Of a DNA stretch of 64,000 nucleotides, positions 22,390 to 33,284 are shown piece after piece. A program made the translations under genes and the position numbers. The notes under the pieces are model-generated. The model was not told the origin of the DNA and ran no database searches. It saw only the letters and a program-made list of their open reading frames with translations. The stretch is from Anthoceros angustus (lineage: Eukaryota > Plantae > Anthocerotophyta). How positions within the stretch are numbered: position 1 is the stretch's first letter; every line of letters starts with the position of its first letter. The DNA is taken from NCBI GenBank assembly GCA_010909165.1, contig VJWM01000116.1:868001-932000 (forward strand). Direction: 5' to 3'.

Positions 22390-25300
22390 CACTACAAGAA
22401 AATGAGGGTTTTTACAACGGGTATTACAATGCGGCGGCGTAAAACTGCGCAACAATGCCGTTGTAAATCGAGAGCTTCATGACGTTGTAAAATTGCTGAC
22501 ATAGCTAGTTTCAGTGCCATATCATTAAAGTGGTGATGTGGTGCCACATCACTGCCACGTCACCAAGTGATGACATGGCACGTGGAGCAACCTCACACAT
22601 ATGTTATCACCAGGACTCTTTTGAGTTATATTCCCCAACAATACAGGTCAGACTCTTTACCTCCACCAAGTCCTTCATGTTCTTGCAATGTGCAAAAATT
22701 TAGTATTAGGTGCAAGTCTCTGTAGAGAACACACTATGCAGGTGATCCTAAATGCAGATAGCTATCTCATTTCTTACACAAGTAATAAAAAATTAGTCAT
22801 TTGCACATGCATTTTAGATTGGAAGGCTGTGCTGAAGCCAAACGAACAGTGAGAGTTGAGGGGGTTGCCGAAGATTGTTTCTTAGCAACGTATGCTCCAG
22901 ATGGGGCCTCTTTCCTAGGCTCGCCATTCTTCTTTTTTCTGCAATCCTTCTCCATATGATTTGGTATCCTGCACCTATTGCAAATAATTCCACTCTTCTT
23001 GTTACCTCTTCCAGATGTATAAGAAGATAAAGTTTCTCCAATGAGAGTAGGATCAGTAGGATTGGCGAAATGTGTGGGAACTGGTCCTTTGCCACGACCT
23101 CGGCCTCGCCCTCTGGCGTCTCTGCCTCGTCTTGTATACATCACCTGCTGTCCACTTGATTGGGAATCTTGCTGTCTGCTTGACTCCTCTTGAAGGAGTG
23201 CTCCTATCAACTTGGTTAGATTGATGTCCAAATCTAATTGGTCGTCGTCTTCGCTCATTTTCTTTTGAGTACTTGAAGCATAATAAAGTTGCTGCCAAAT
23301 GCAAGGCCTCCTTGGAGCAAATGCTCCATATAAGTGATCTAGAATAGAAAATGCATAGTATGAATGATGCTTTAGAAGGTGGCAAGAAATATGCTTGAGA
23401 ATCTAAAACCAAAGCTCTGATACCATGATGGGAATCACGCACACACTCGTACAAAGCTTGTTTGTAGTATTGCTTGAATAATAGAAAGTACAAGAGAGTG
23501 TTATATAGTGGAGGTAGTCGATAGTTACGACTATAAGTTGTTGTAACTACCATACGTGGTTGTAACTAATATAACAACTAACCACCAAAATAACTACCTT
23601 AGGAAACTATGTAGTACCCTAGGCATATAATAATTATTAAGTAAAGGTGCCCTAATGAATAGTGCTCTAAACCTAGTATATTTTATCAATCCTCCATAAA
23701 CGAGTTGTGGATGATGGCTTCCTTATAAACCATAGGCTGTCACGTTGCTTGACACATGATTGGCTAGAGAATCTCTTGTGACCACAACAAAAGTGGAGGA
23801 TATGACTGGGATGATGCAAGCCGATGCTGGTGGAGACTGTCTTGCGGGTGGGAATCTGTCCTTTGTTGGCATATTTTTCTCCTGAGGGTGGTCCACAGTT
23901 CCATGTTATCATGGTTTGCTATTGACAATTCTCTTGCCATTACCACAATGTTTTGCAGCTGATTTCACTTTCAAAATACAGGAATGAGTGGAGGAACTGT
24001 ACTTGGACGGCATGATACTACTGTTGCCTGCCATCCTGCTGGCGGGCATCTGCAGTATTGATGTTGATAATTCTATACCCTAATGCATGTTCTGGTGTTG
24101 TCCATTTTTACCTTTTGCTAGCATGTGTTTGTGCTTATCTAGCTTTTAATGCAAGAGGAACTCTTCAAGGGACTGCACTTGGACCACATGACACTGCAGA
24201 TGGATCCTGTCCTGTTGGTGGGCATCTGCTGAACTTTTGCATGTCAAATTTTTCTATGTTCAAAGTATGTTGAGTTGTTTATCAATTCTATTGCATTTGA
24301 TAGCATGATTTGTTGATGATCCGGGCTGATCCTGAAACAGGTACAAGTGGCGGTGCATTTTCTTGAACTGTATAGATAAACTCAGAAGTGGTAAGCCGCA
24401 TACTGCAAACATGGTAACCCACCCAGCCCAGTTTGTATGATAATGTACCTTCTTGTTTTGCTTGTTTTCCTGAGATTGTCAACTACTCATGTTGTCCATT
24501 TTGTGCAGAACATTTCGGGGAAGCGCACAGCCGATGATCTTGGCCTGGAGTGATAAACTGGTGCGGTTTTGCAGCATGGGGTACTGAACGTAGTATGCTG
24601 AATCCGGAGTGAAACATGCTGTCAGCTTAGTGCCATAGCTAGTTCCCTAGATTTCATAGCATATGCATCTGTAAAGCGTGAACCTATATCTCTGCTTTAG
24701 ATCTGAGAAGCTCATTGCCCGCTGTAATTTTCCCTCCCCTGAACCAATATTAATAAAATTCAATAATTTATGAATTTTCGGTATTTATCTAGAATATTAC
24801 TATTTATATTAATTTTAAAAATTAAACTACCAGCTTACGTTACAATGTAACTAGCAGCAACGCGGGGCACGTCCAATGCTACCTGGTTAAGTCATTCTGG
24901 TTAGGTGACCCCAATTAATATACTTTGGTTACCCTAACTTTGGTTTATTAATTGTAGTACAATACGCTGGTTACGTAACCTTGGGTTACAAGAACCCATG
25001 GTTACCTTAACCAGGGTAAACCTCGTATTAAAACCCAATGTTAAATCCGTTGCATTGCACGTATTTGTACCCGTTGTAAGGCGCGTTGTTGCATATTTTG
25101 TAAATCACATATTAAAATATATGTGATAAACTCTGTAGTAACCTAAAACCTAAACCCTGACATGCTGATATGGCATGCACAATGACATGGTAGGATGACG
25201 TGGCATGCATAGTGACATGGTATGATGACGTGGCACGCACAGTGACATGGCATGTTAGCATGTTCCAAACCTATCACTGAACCTCATTTACAACAGGCAT

Positions 25301-25464
25301 TTCCCTTTACAACCATAGATGGCAAAAGTGGCACAAGTATTTACCTATTTACAATGTTATTGGGGACGAATTCAGTACAATGCTTGGATTTACAATATGT
25401 TATTAAATAACGGTGTAAATGGCATTTTAATTCCCATTGTAAAAGCACCTATATTCTTGTAGTG
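22390..25464. mobile_element. Non-autonomous CACTA (En/Spm) DNA transposon
   Basis: TIRs CACTACAAGAAAATGAGGGTTTTTACAACGGG and (rc) CACTACAAGAATATAGGTGCTTTTACAATGGG. Subterminal TGAC(A/G)TGGCA repeats at ~22530-22582 and ~25158-25255. No transposase ORF and no 3-bp TSD. Confidence 0.8.
22797..23688 (-). mobile_element. Truncated LTR retroelement (copia-like): 263-bp LTR, tRNA-iMet PBS and internally deleted gag
   Basis: LTR TGAT...ATCA at 23688-23426 with TATATAA. PBS TGGTATCAGAGC at 23425-23414. ORF 23258-22797 has LIGALLQEE, RGRGRG and a CX2CX4HX4C knuckle (CNRCRIPNHMEKDC). Confidence 0.8.
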
Positions 25465-27606
25465 CACGTGGGTGGCCCACAATATGCGCAGAATGTGGCA
25501 CCGAAGATGCCACCACTGGGTGTCATGAAACTGCTGTCCGGGGTGGCAAATTGAAGGCTACATGTCCATTTTGTGTGTGGGTTGCAGCATTGTTGAGTGC
25601 ACTAGGGTTGCATTCCTCCAAGCATTGCAGCCATGGGGAATTGAAACGTATAGGACATTGATGTCGGTGGTGCAGGAACTGCATATCGCGAGGGACAATA
25701 TGTATGTAAAGAGCTTGGAGGACATGGACTTCCTTCCGGAATGAAAGGGCCTCCGATCCTCATTCCCAAGTCCCTCATGAAAGCATGTTCTTAAACACAG
25801 GTGAAAGTGTTTCATCAGACTGAAATGTATCAGCTGCACATTGCACTGAAGGCATTACCCGAATACCTCCAGTAGTGGACGGAGGCTAAGGCCACATTGT
25901 GGGCGTGGACAACGATCACCCTGCTCCGGGCTGCAGTGCACCAAGTGTGAGGAACTTGCGGACCAACTTTGAGGCTCTTCTGGGATTGATCGGGGTGTAG
26001 GATGTAGAGAAATCTTTTGTGCTCTCCCACCACGAGGTGGGAACGCAGATCGTGTGGAATTTTCATTTGCATGGAATTAAGGCTGTCAAGACTTAACATG
26101 CATGGGTAGCTTCTTCACCGTTGTATTGTAGAATGTTATGTCATCGCATAGTCTTCCTGTACGTAAACATTCATGTAGAAGTAATGTTAGTTGAGCTTGA
26201 TCAGGTGAGAGTGTGATGCACCTTGAGAAATCTACTACCGGATTTGAATGGCTTTTCAACTAGCACTCATGTTTAATCCAATCGGAGAAGCGGGGAGAGG
26301 GAGAGACCTTTGCATGGTTTGCACCCTCAAGCATCATCTTGGTTGGCCAGCTTATTGGAATGCACACCAGATGCACGGTGGAGGAAACACACTCTTGAAT
26401 ATGTAATCCTAAACCCAAGCCATCGATTTGGACAACCGATGGCGGGCCGTTGCATCTGGCAACGAACGGGAGCGAACATCCGGGGCCTTTGCGTGGGGGC
26501 GAGACATGTCCAGCAAACATGTGCTTGTGTGTTCCAGGCGAACAAAAACATGCGTATGCGTGCAAGAAAAACCCTAAACGGCAAGAAAACACCTAGATGA
26601 CAAAATCCGAACATCATAGCCCAAGTTGTGAGACAAAAAATTTTCTGCCGCATACGATGATGTGGCCCATATAAGAGGAAGGAATCTCGAAGATGCCGAG
26701 GCATCTGAGTGTAAATACTGACGAAAAAAAAGTTCTCACACACAAGTCGCCCCATGACGACTTCGGTATTCCATACATCAGGTCTAATTTCTCGAGAGAC
26801 TAATTTCTCGTAAATTGTTGGTTTATTATTATAAAATTATTATACAACGAGAATACGATCTTGCAGATGCGTCAGGTGTACAGCATTACCTACATTCAAA
26901 ATACTTTTGGGATGGCCTCCCTATATAAAGACTGAGATTCTGACCAACAGGATATTTTCCGAGTGGCCTATTTAGAACCATGGAATCGTCCATCATTTGG
27001 TAAGAATACTGCAGATCGCGAATTATGTCTTACTTCAGGGCAACTTCAGACACCAAAAAAATTAGCCTGATAGACATAGCCCACAGAAGCACCAGCAAGA
27101 GCTACCTACGTCTAGCCATGCGATTGCTAGAGGGATTTCCCTCCGTAGAAACCCACAGCCCCTAGCCCCCCGCTCCCCCCTTTCCCTCGCGTCCCCTCCT
27201 TCCCCCCTTGTGCTCTTCGGCTCACGTCGGCTGAAGACAAACAATGTGATAGAACAATGAGATAGTGTCCTGTTCAACTGGAAAACCCCACAATCAGCAT
27301 TATTCAAGAACTAATCCTAAAGCTAATCCCCTCCCCGCGTCTGTTCCTGCATGGATAGTCCTCAAGGACGAGGACCGGAGCAGCGATGGCCAAGCACTAG
27401 TCCACCGAAGCTTCAGAAGTCTCAAAATTCATCATAAGCTGTAAAAGTGTGCTCACCACGCAAGCACTGGAACGGCTCTCAGGCTATGTACAGCTTCCGG
27501 AAGTTTCTGCCCACATTACGGACTGGTGTGGGTGCTGACTCAGAGAAATTGAATCAACCGAACGCCAACAAATATTGAGTGGTCACAATCGTAGCGGAGG
27601 CAACAG

Positions 27607-30600
27607 TTAAGAAACCCCATCAACAGCATTCTCCCAGTCATCCTGAACGTCTTCCCCAGTAGCCTGAATGACGGCCGAGGCACTACCTGTGGCATGAGCA
27701 GTGGACTTATGGATCTGCAATGAACTTAAACCTGCACTGCTTGCAGAACTGCTTCCTGCACTTGAATCATGCAATCCTCCACCTTGCTCCAGAGCACCCC
27801 ATGGATTTTTCAAGGACACAGGTTGGACCGGTTTCGGTTGCCATGCACCCTTGAATTCCTCTTTAGAATTGTCCTCGCCCCACGCATCTTCAACCCAGGA
27901 TTCCTTAGAACTTTTCTTCCTTGAAAGTGTTCGAAAACCTGTCACTTGTGGCTGAGGTGTTACCAATGCACTTGAGCTTGGGCCCCATGGATTCAGACGA
28001 CTAGCAAGAGTTGAAGATCCACCCTGTGACATCACTACAGCTCCTCGATAAGATGAGGCATGCTCCACACGCCGCAAGGCTGTTGCTGCCCTTAGTGGGT
28101 CTCCAAAAATAGCCAAAGCGTTCCTATCATTCAACCAAACCAACTCACACTCCCCTCCAAACCTGAGGACGAGTGTGCTGACATCATCTGCTTCTCGGGG
28201 AAGATCAAAGAGACAGACCACCAAACTTGGCTCCATATCAATACTGGGGTTGAAAGGGGCCGCTGATGCCTGGCCAACAAGAGGCAGAGGTGCTTTTGTA
28301 AGCAAGCCTCGTGCAGGTGACTTGGACTTCGGTGTCACATGGACAACCACAAACCTGCGTGGATCTCGTCCAACACCGGTAACAGTAATTCCCCACCTCT
28401 CCCCTAGCTGATGAATAACTTCCCTCCTTTCTCTAGGAAGAGCACAGAATACATGTAATTTGACAACGCCTGCTCCATTCCTGGGTCCAAGCACTAAGTA
28501 CTTCAGCCTATCCTCTACAGCCCCTACCCACTGTGGCTCCCTTCGAATTAACTCTGCCAATAATTCAGGGCCCACCAAGCCACCTTCGGCTCCAGAGACT
28601 GGCTCGCCAGGGGTGACCGCCCCAAATGCATCAGCAAGAATACGCCTCTTCTCAAGTTTTGAACACTTGTCATCGCAGACCAGCTTCCTCTGCCCCATTG
28701 GAACATGAGTAGTCCCTTCAATTGCTTGCAACGCAAGTGGTGGCAAAAGCACTGCATCCATAACACCTCCCTTACTTGCCTCTGCATCACAAGGGACTTC
28801 AGCTGTCAATCTTCCACAGGAGCATGTTATAGTCACCATCACTCTGCAACGACCCTCAGGACATGATGCTGAGGGATGGCAAGGAGCGACACAAGTGTGG
28901 GGGCAATCACGACGTGGAGCTCCACAAGGTTGCCCACAGGAAGCCCTGGATTTTCTTTCAGCAACCCCTGAGCTGTTTCCACTATCAGCAACACTTGAGC
29001 TGTTCCCAATCTCCAACCCAGTCTCATGCATGTCACATGGGGGTGCATGGCAACTGCGGGCACATGCATGTAGGCCACACTGTCTTGTCCTGCCACAGAG
29101 CTTGTTGCATTTGATGTCTCGAGAGCCACATGGAACTGCCCTCAATCTCACATGATTACCAACACACACCTTAGCCACAGGAAGTGAGCATGGTGGGCAA
29201 TCTCCAAAGTGACACAGGTGACTGGGCTCGTGACCACAGGCCTGAGGAATGGAGCAAGGTCGCTGACACGAAGGAACCGGTGTGCCACAGGGTACCGGAG
29301 GTGGCACCGAGGCTGCACCACAAGCACAGGACAACTCTGTAAAAGAAGACTCCAAACATGGTGGGCAATGTCCAGCATGGCAAAGCTCCTGACAATCATG
29401 CCGCTTACAACGCAATTTTTTCCCACACTTCAGTATACAGAGGTGAGGGTTATGATTGCCATCTGATAAATCTTTGCAGCACCTGTTATTGCATCTGTGT
29501 CTTCCACAGTTCTTCAACGATCCGCATGTCTTCTCACAGAGGAAGTCCCTATCAGACAGTATCTGTTCACCAACCTCCCCATCCTTGCCTCCTCCTCTGT
29601 TCATCACGTTCGTGACGTAGCAAGGCACAGTTCTTGTTGAAGAGCCACACCGACATTTCTGCTCAGAGGGAACCATACACATAGAACAAGGGCCTGTATG
29701 ACAAGCACTTTCACACATGTGCTTCTTACATGGTAAAAGCTTCCCACATTTCTGCCCACAGGTTGGCACTGGATCCAAACAGCTTCTCCTTACGTGGCCC
29801 AGACCGAGTAAAAACTGCACGGATTCCTTACCACAAGGGCATGTCACTACTTTGGAAGGAGAAAGTTCACATCCTTCACAGCTTCCTTCATGACATGTCT
29901 GCATGCACCTGTGATTACCGCATACCAGCATACCTCCACAAATGGACCCACAAGAGAACAGACCCTTTTCCCAAGTTAAGTCACCATAACGTTCTAATTG
30001 TCCACACGTTGTCAGTTCCTCCTTCGCGCCACAAAAACACCTGGCAGTGAAATCAACCTGGCACACATCGCATAGTCCTTCGTGACAAACTTTGGCACAT
30101 GAATGTCGTCCACATAGGAGGGTACGCCCACATGTCTGTCCACAGCAATCTGGACTCTTCTGCTGGTCAGAACAGCGCCGTGTAAGTGTCACCTTTCCAC
30201 AGGGACATGGATGAGGTGGAAGAAGTGTCATGCACGGAGGACAGGGTCCCGGATGACACTGCATGGTGCAGTGGTGCTGGCACTTCTTTCCTTTGTCCAG
30301 TGCCTTCTTGCATGTTTGTCCACAAGAATGGGGTGTCAAATAAAAATCCACGGGAGGATCCACTAAATTACCACAGAAACACTGATACCTAATCTCCTTG
30401 GCACTGGTTAGCTGGACAGTTTGGCAACCCGGGCACCTCCAATTCCCTTCGAAGGCATTTCCTTGACCCGACACAGACAAGTCAGCTGAAGAGGGAGCTC
30501 TGGCCCACTTCTTTATGCAGGCAAGGTGGAAAATTGCATAACAACTTGCACATGACCACACTGCAGCCTTACGGCCCACCATATCGTAGCATATCATACA

Positions 30601-31755
30601 TTCTTGTTCCCCGTTTGCCAGCTTATCCTGAAGCTCTTGAACCAGATGAGGGACAGGCGGCTTGGCCTCCCTCCAATATCCTACAGAGGGACCTTCCAGA
30701 CTGTTCTCTGACGCGGTTGCACCCGTGAGTGGTTTAAAGGTTCCCTGATATGCAACAGGCTGGGTGGAGACGTAAGGCGCAACGGGTCTCCAGCTAGTGG
30801 CTCCTCCACGCCCATTCCCAGTCCCAGGTTGGAAGTGATTATTACCAGCTCCTGTGCTCACGGACAGACCATGAAGAGCTTCAGTTGCTGCGTCCCTTGC
30901 AGCTACCAAAGATCCCGGGGGAATAGAGCCTTTATCTTGTTGGCCCCCGAACCCATTTTGGTGTCCCGCTCCGCCATGCAAATTTGGCATATACCGGGCT
31001 CTTCCTCCATTTCCATACCCTCTACCCCGTGGCTGCGGTCTAGTCTGGATACCTTTTTCAGCAGGCATCCCATTAGGCCTCCCCCTACCGTTACTGAATC
31101 CTTGCGCGTGTAGACCATTCTGTGTCCTGAAATCCTCGTTGTTGCCTGGCTGAGAAACATCTAATTGACCCTGACCCATCGAGAAATGATCACCCGCGGC
31201 ACCATTGCCGACAGAATTTGAGTCACCTACTGAATGGAACTGCACTGAGTGCTGGTGAGAAGGCCCCGGACGATTGTAAGAAGTGCCTGAATGATTGCCT
31301 CCAGAATTTGAGTCACCTATAGACTGCAACTGCACTGAGAGCTGGTGAGAAGGCCGCGAACGATTGTGAGAAGTGCCTGAATGATGCTGAGGAAGCCCTG
31401 GATTCTGTTGTGGATGGCTCCGAAACCCAGGAGGGGCATGCAAAGTTCTCGAAGGCGGGGCAACACTACTCTCTCCACCCCTACCATTCCAGAACGCACC
31501 ATCAGAAACATAGCCCTGATACTGTTGGCCGGAAGAGCTCCCAACCCCTCCGAGCCCATTCACGCCACGACCAGCCGCCGCCCCCTGCCGGCTCCCTGAA
31601 TCCCTCCCTGAGGCCGCATCAAACCGTCCCAAACCCTGAACCCTAGCTCCTGGTGGGACGAAGCCCGGCAGCGGAGAAAACCCTGGCGGATGCTGGAGAA
31701 CCGCAGCCCCAGCTCCATCCCTTCGGGATAGGGTTGCAGACCGCTCATGATCCAT
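27607..31755 (-). CDS. NFXL1: NF-X1-type zinc-finger protein (RING/PHD-like, tandem NF-X1 fingers, R3H-like and RRM-like C-terminus), intronless CDS ~1,380 aa
   Basis: ECMICYDMV..WSC..CYAIFHL.CIKKWA..WRCPGCQ, PHSCGQTC, CHPGPCPPC and repeated CG.H.C...CH.G.C fingers. Likely start is MDHERS (31755), after a putative 5'UTR intron ~32140-31794. The upstream part of the ORF track entry is probably UTR. Confidence 0.93.
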   Translation of the reverse strand: MDHERSATLSRRDGAGAAVLQHPPGFSPLPGFVPPGARVQGLGRFDAASGRDSGSRQGAAAGRGVNGLGGVGSSSGQQYQGYVSDGAFWNGRGGESSVAPPSRTLHAPPGFRSHPQQNPGLPQHHSGTSHNRSRPSHQLSVQLQSIGDSNSGGNHSGTSYNRPGPSHQHSVQFHSVGDSNSVGNGAAGDHFSMGQGQLDVSQPGNNEDFRTQNGLHAQGFSNGRGRPNGMPAEKGIQTRPQPRGRGYGNGGRARYMPNLHGGAGHQNGFGGQQDKGSIPPGSLVAARDAATEALHGLSVSTGAGNNHFQPGTGNGRGGATSWRPVAPYVSTQPVAYQGTFKPLTGATASENSLEGPSVGYWREAKPPVPHLVQELQDKLANGEQECMICYDMVGRKAAVWSCASCYAIFHLACIKKWARAPSSADLSVSGQGNAFEGNWRCPGCQTVQLTSAKEIRYQCFCGNLVDPPVDFYLTPHSCGQTCKKALDKGKKCQHHCTMQCHPGPCPPCMTLLPPHPCPCGKVTLTRRCSDQQKSPDCCGQTCGRTLLCGRHSCAKVCHEGLCDVCQVDFTARCFCGAKEELTTCGQLERYGDLTWEKGLFSCGSICGGMLVCGNHRCMQTCHEGSCEGCELSPSKVVTCPCGKESVQFLLGLGHVRRSCLDPVPTCGQKCGKLLPCKKHMCESACHTGPCSMCMVPSEQKCRCGSSTRTVPCYVTNVMNRGGGKDGEVGEQILSDRDFLCEKTCGSLKNCGRHRCNNRCCKDLSDGNHNPHLCILKCGKKLRCKRHDCQELCHAGHCPPCLESSFTELSCACGAASVPPPVPCGTPVPSCQRPCSIPQACGHEPSHLCHFGDCPPCSLPVAKVCVGNHVRLRAVPCGSRDIKCNKLCGRTRQCGLHACARSCHAPPCDMHETGLEIGNSSSVADSGNSSGVAERKSRASCGQPCGAPRRDCPHTCVAPCHPSASCPEGRCRVMVTITCSCGRLTAEVPCDAEASKGGVMDAVLLPPLALQAIEGTTHVPMGQRKLVCDDKCSKLEKRRILADAFGAVTPGEPVSGAEGGLVGPELLAELIRREPQWVGAVEDRLKYLVLGPRNGAGVVKLHVFCALPRERREVIHQLGERWGITVTGVGRDPRRFVVVHVTPKSKSPARGLLTKAPLPLVGQASAAPFNPSIDMEPSLVVCLFDLPREADDVSTLVLRFGGECELVWLNDRNALAIFGDPLRAATALRRVEHASSYRGAVVMSQGGSSTLASRLNPWGPSSSALVTPQPQVTGFRTLSRKKSSKESWVEDAWGEDNSKEEFKGAWQPKPVQPVSLKNPWGALEQGGGLHDSSAGSSSASSAGLSSLQIHKSTAHATGSASAVIQATGEDVQDDWENAVDGVS

Positions 31756-33284
31756 GCCTCGGCTCTCCGCCGGCTCCCCACATGTATCTCTACTGCGCAG
31801 CACCGAAGCAATAACGCTCATGCACCGAAATTCCTCCAAACCAGACGCAGCAAAATTCCTGCGGAGGCCAACAGAACCATGCGTCAGATTTGCACCGCAA
31901 CACAAGCATGCTTCCTCTACAAAACCAGTGAATGCGCCCCAGCCACCATTCACGGCCCGACCCCAGGTTCTCAGTCCAACCGAACACACGACAAGCAGCC
32001 AGAACGCTTCAACATTCCACCCACCCGCAAAGACCAGGACACGCACCTCCGAGGCCCCGGCTGGCCCGACGCAATCCTCACCCGAGGCTGCCAACCGCGC
32101 AGCAGACGGATCCACCAGATCCGAATCTACCAGCCGCACCTTCCCGCTGAGAATGGGAACAGCTGTTATTAAAGCGAGGGGCGTCGGAAAGAATCGCCGC
32201 GGGACGATACGAGACGCTGTGAGAGACGCTCTTGGTAACGGAAGCGCATGCAGAGCGGCGATCGCGGGAGAGCAGCTGGAAAAAATGAGAGGGCGATGGA
32301 GGATTTGGCGCCACGATTGGCGATTGGCAGATGACGCCTTTTTCACGACCCGAACGTACCCGCTCTTTCCACCAAGCGTGACCGACAATGCCTTGACGCC
32401 CAAGATAACCAACATCCGTTCCCACCACACTGCAAATGCTGATGTGGACAAAAACTGCCCCAGCCTCCAAGGTAGGCGGACGAGAAGGTGACGTGGAAAG
32501 TTCGAGGAAGCTGCGGTTATGATCTATGTTCTGCATTATTGCGAATTTATAGCCTCGCCGGGTGAAACGCTCAACGAGGGAGTCCGGCTGCTTCCAGCAA
32601 TTCACTGACAGCGGATGACAGTCTTGGTGGACCAAGACTGTCATTCTGCGCGCATGGGCAAGAGTTGCATGCAGGCCATACAAACTTCACTCACAGGCTT
32701 CTGCAGAGAGTTCGCGTCCCCGCCCGGCATGACATGACCGCCAAGGAGTCCTTGGCGAGGGCCACCTCGGCTGTGGCGACAATCCCAAGGGCCTCGCTCC
32801 CTACGGCTCCGAGGACTCCTCGAGTGCCGTGCTGTTGACTTGATGAAAAAACTGGTTGAGATCTACCCGGCGGTGGAAAGCCTTAATCTCGCCAATGGAA
32901 GGCCGGAGACCTACTCCACCCTTACCGAGGAAGATGCTACAACAACAACAACTTTATTTATGCTAAACAAACAAACAATAAACCTTCTCTTCTCCCACCT
33001 GACACGAAATCGATGGAAGGCAACCGCGCCATATAAGAGGGAAATGCTAAATACTTAGGAGACATGGGTTATTGTCTAGACGGACCTCTGAGGAGATCCT
33101 TCACGGGATACAGCCTATGTGTTCGTGCCCTCACATGCCCTCCTGAGAAGCTAGCCTCGTGGAGCATCCAAGAAATAGATGGCCCGACCACCTCATCTAG
33201 ACTTCTTGGACAGTCCTTGGGAACTCGAGGGTACATCCTCGTCTCGATCCTTGGCATGATACTGTCTTTGTTTCCCATGCTACT

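Noticed and set aside
24850-24885. Helitron-like 3' end (GCAGCAACGCGGGGCA)
   Set aside because: No clean hairpin and no terminal CTRR at the right spacing.
31756-32451. N-terminal 232 aa of the 1614-aa ORF as NFXL1 coding sequence
   Set aside because: It has a non-ATG start, UTR/intron-like composition and a plausible GT-AG 5'UTR intron.
32830-33280. Possible solo LTR (TGTTG start, TATA-like motif)
   Set aside because: No matching CA end or TSD found. It overlaps the likely 3'UTR of the PLP-enzyme gene.
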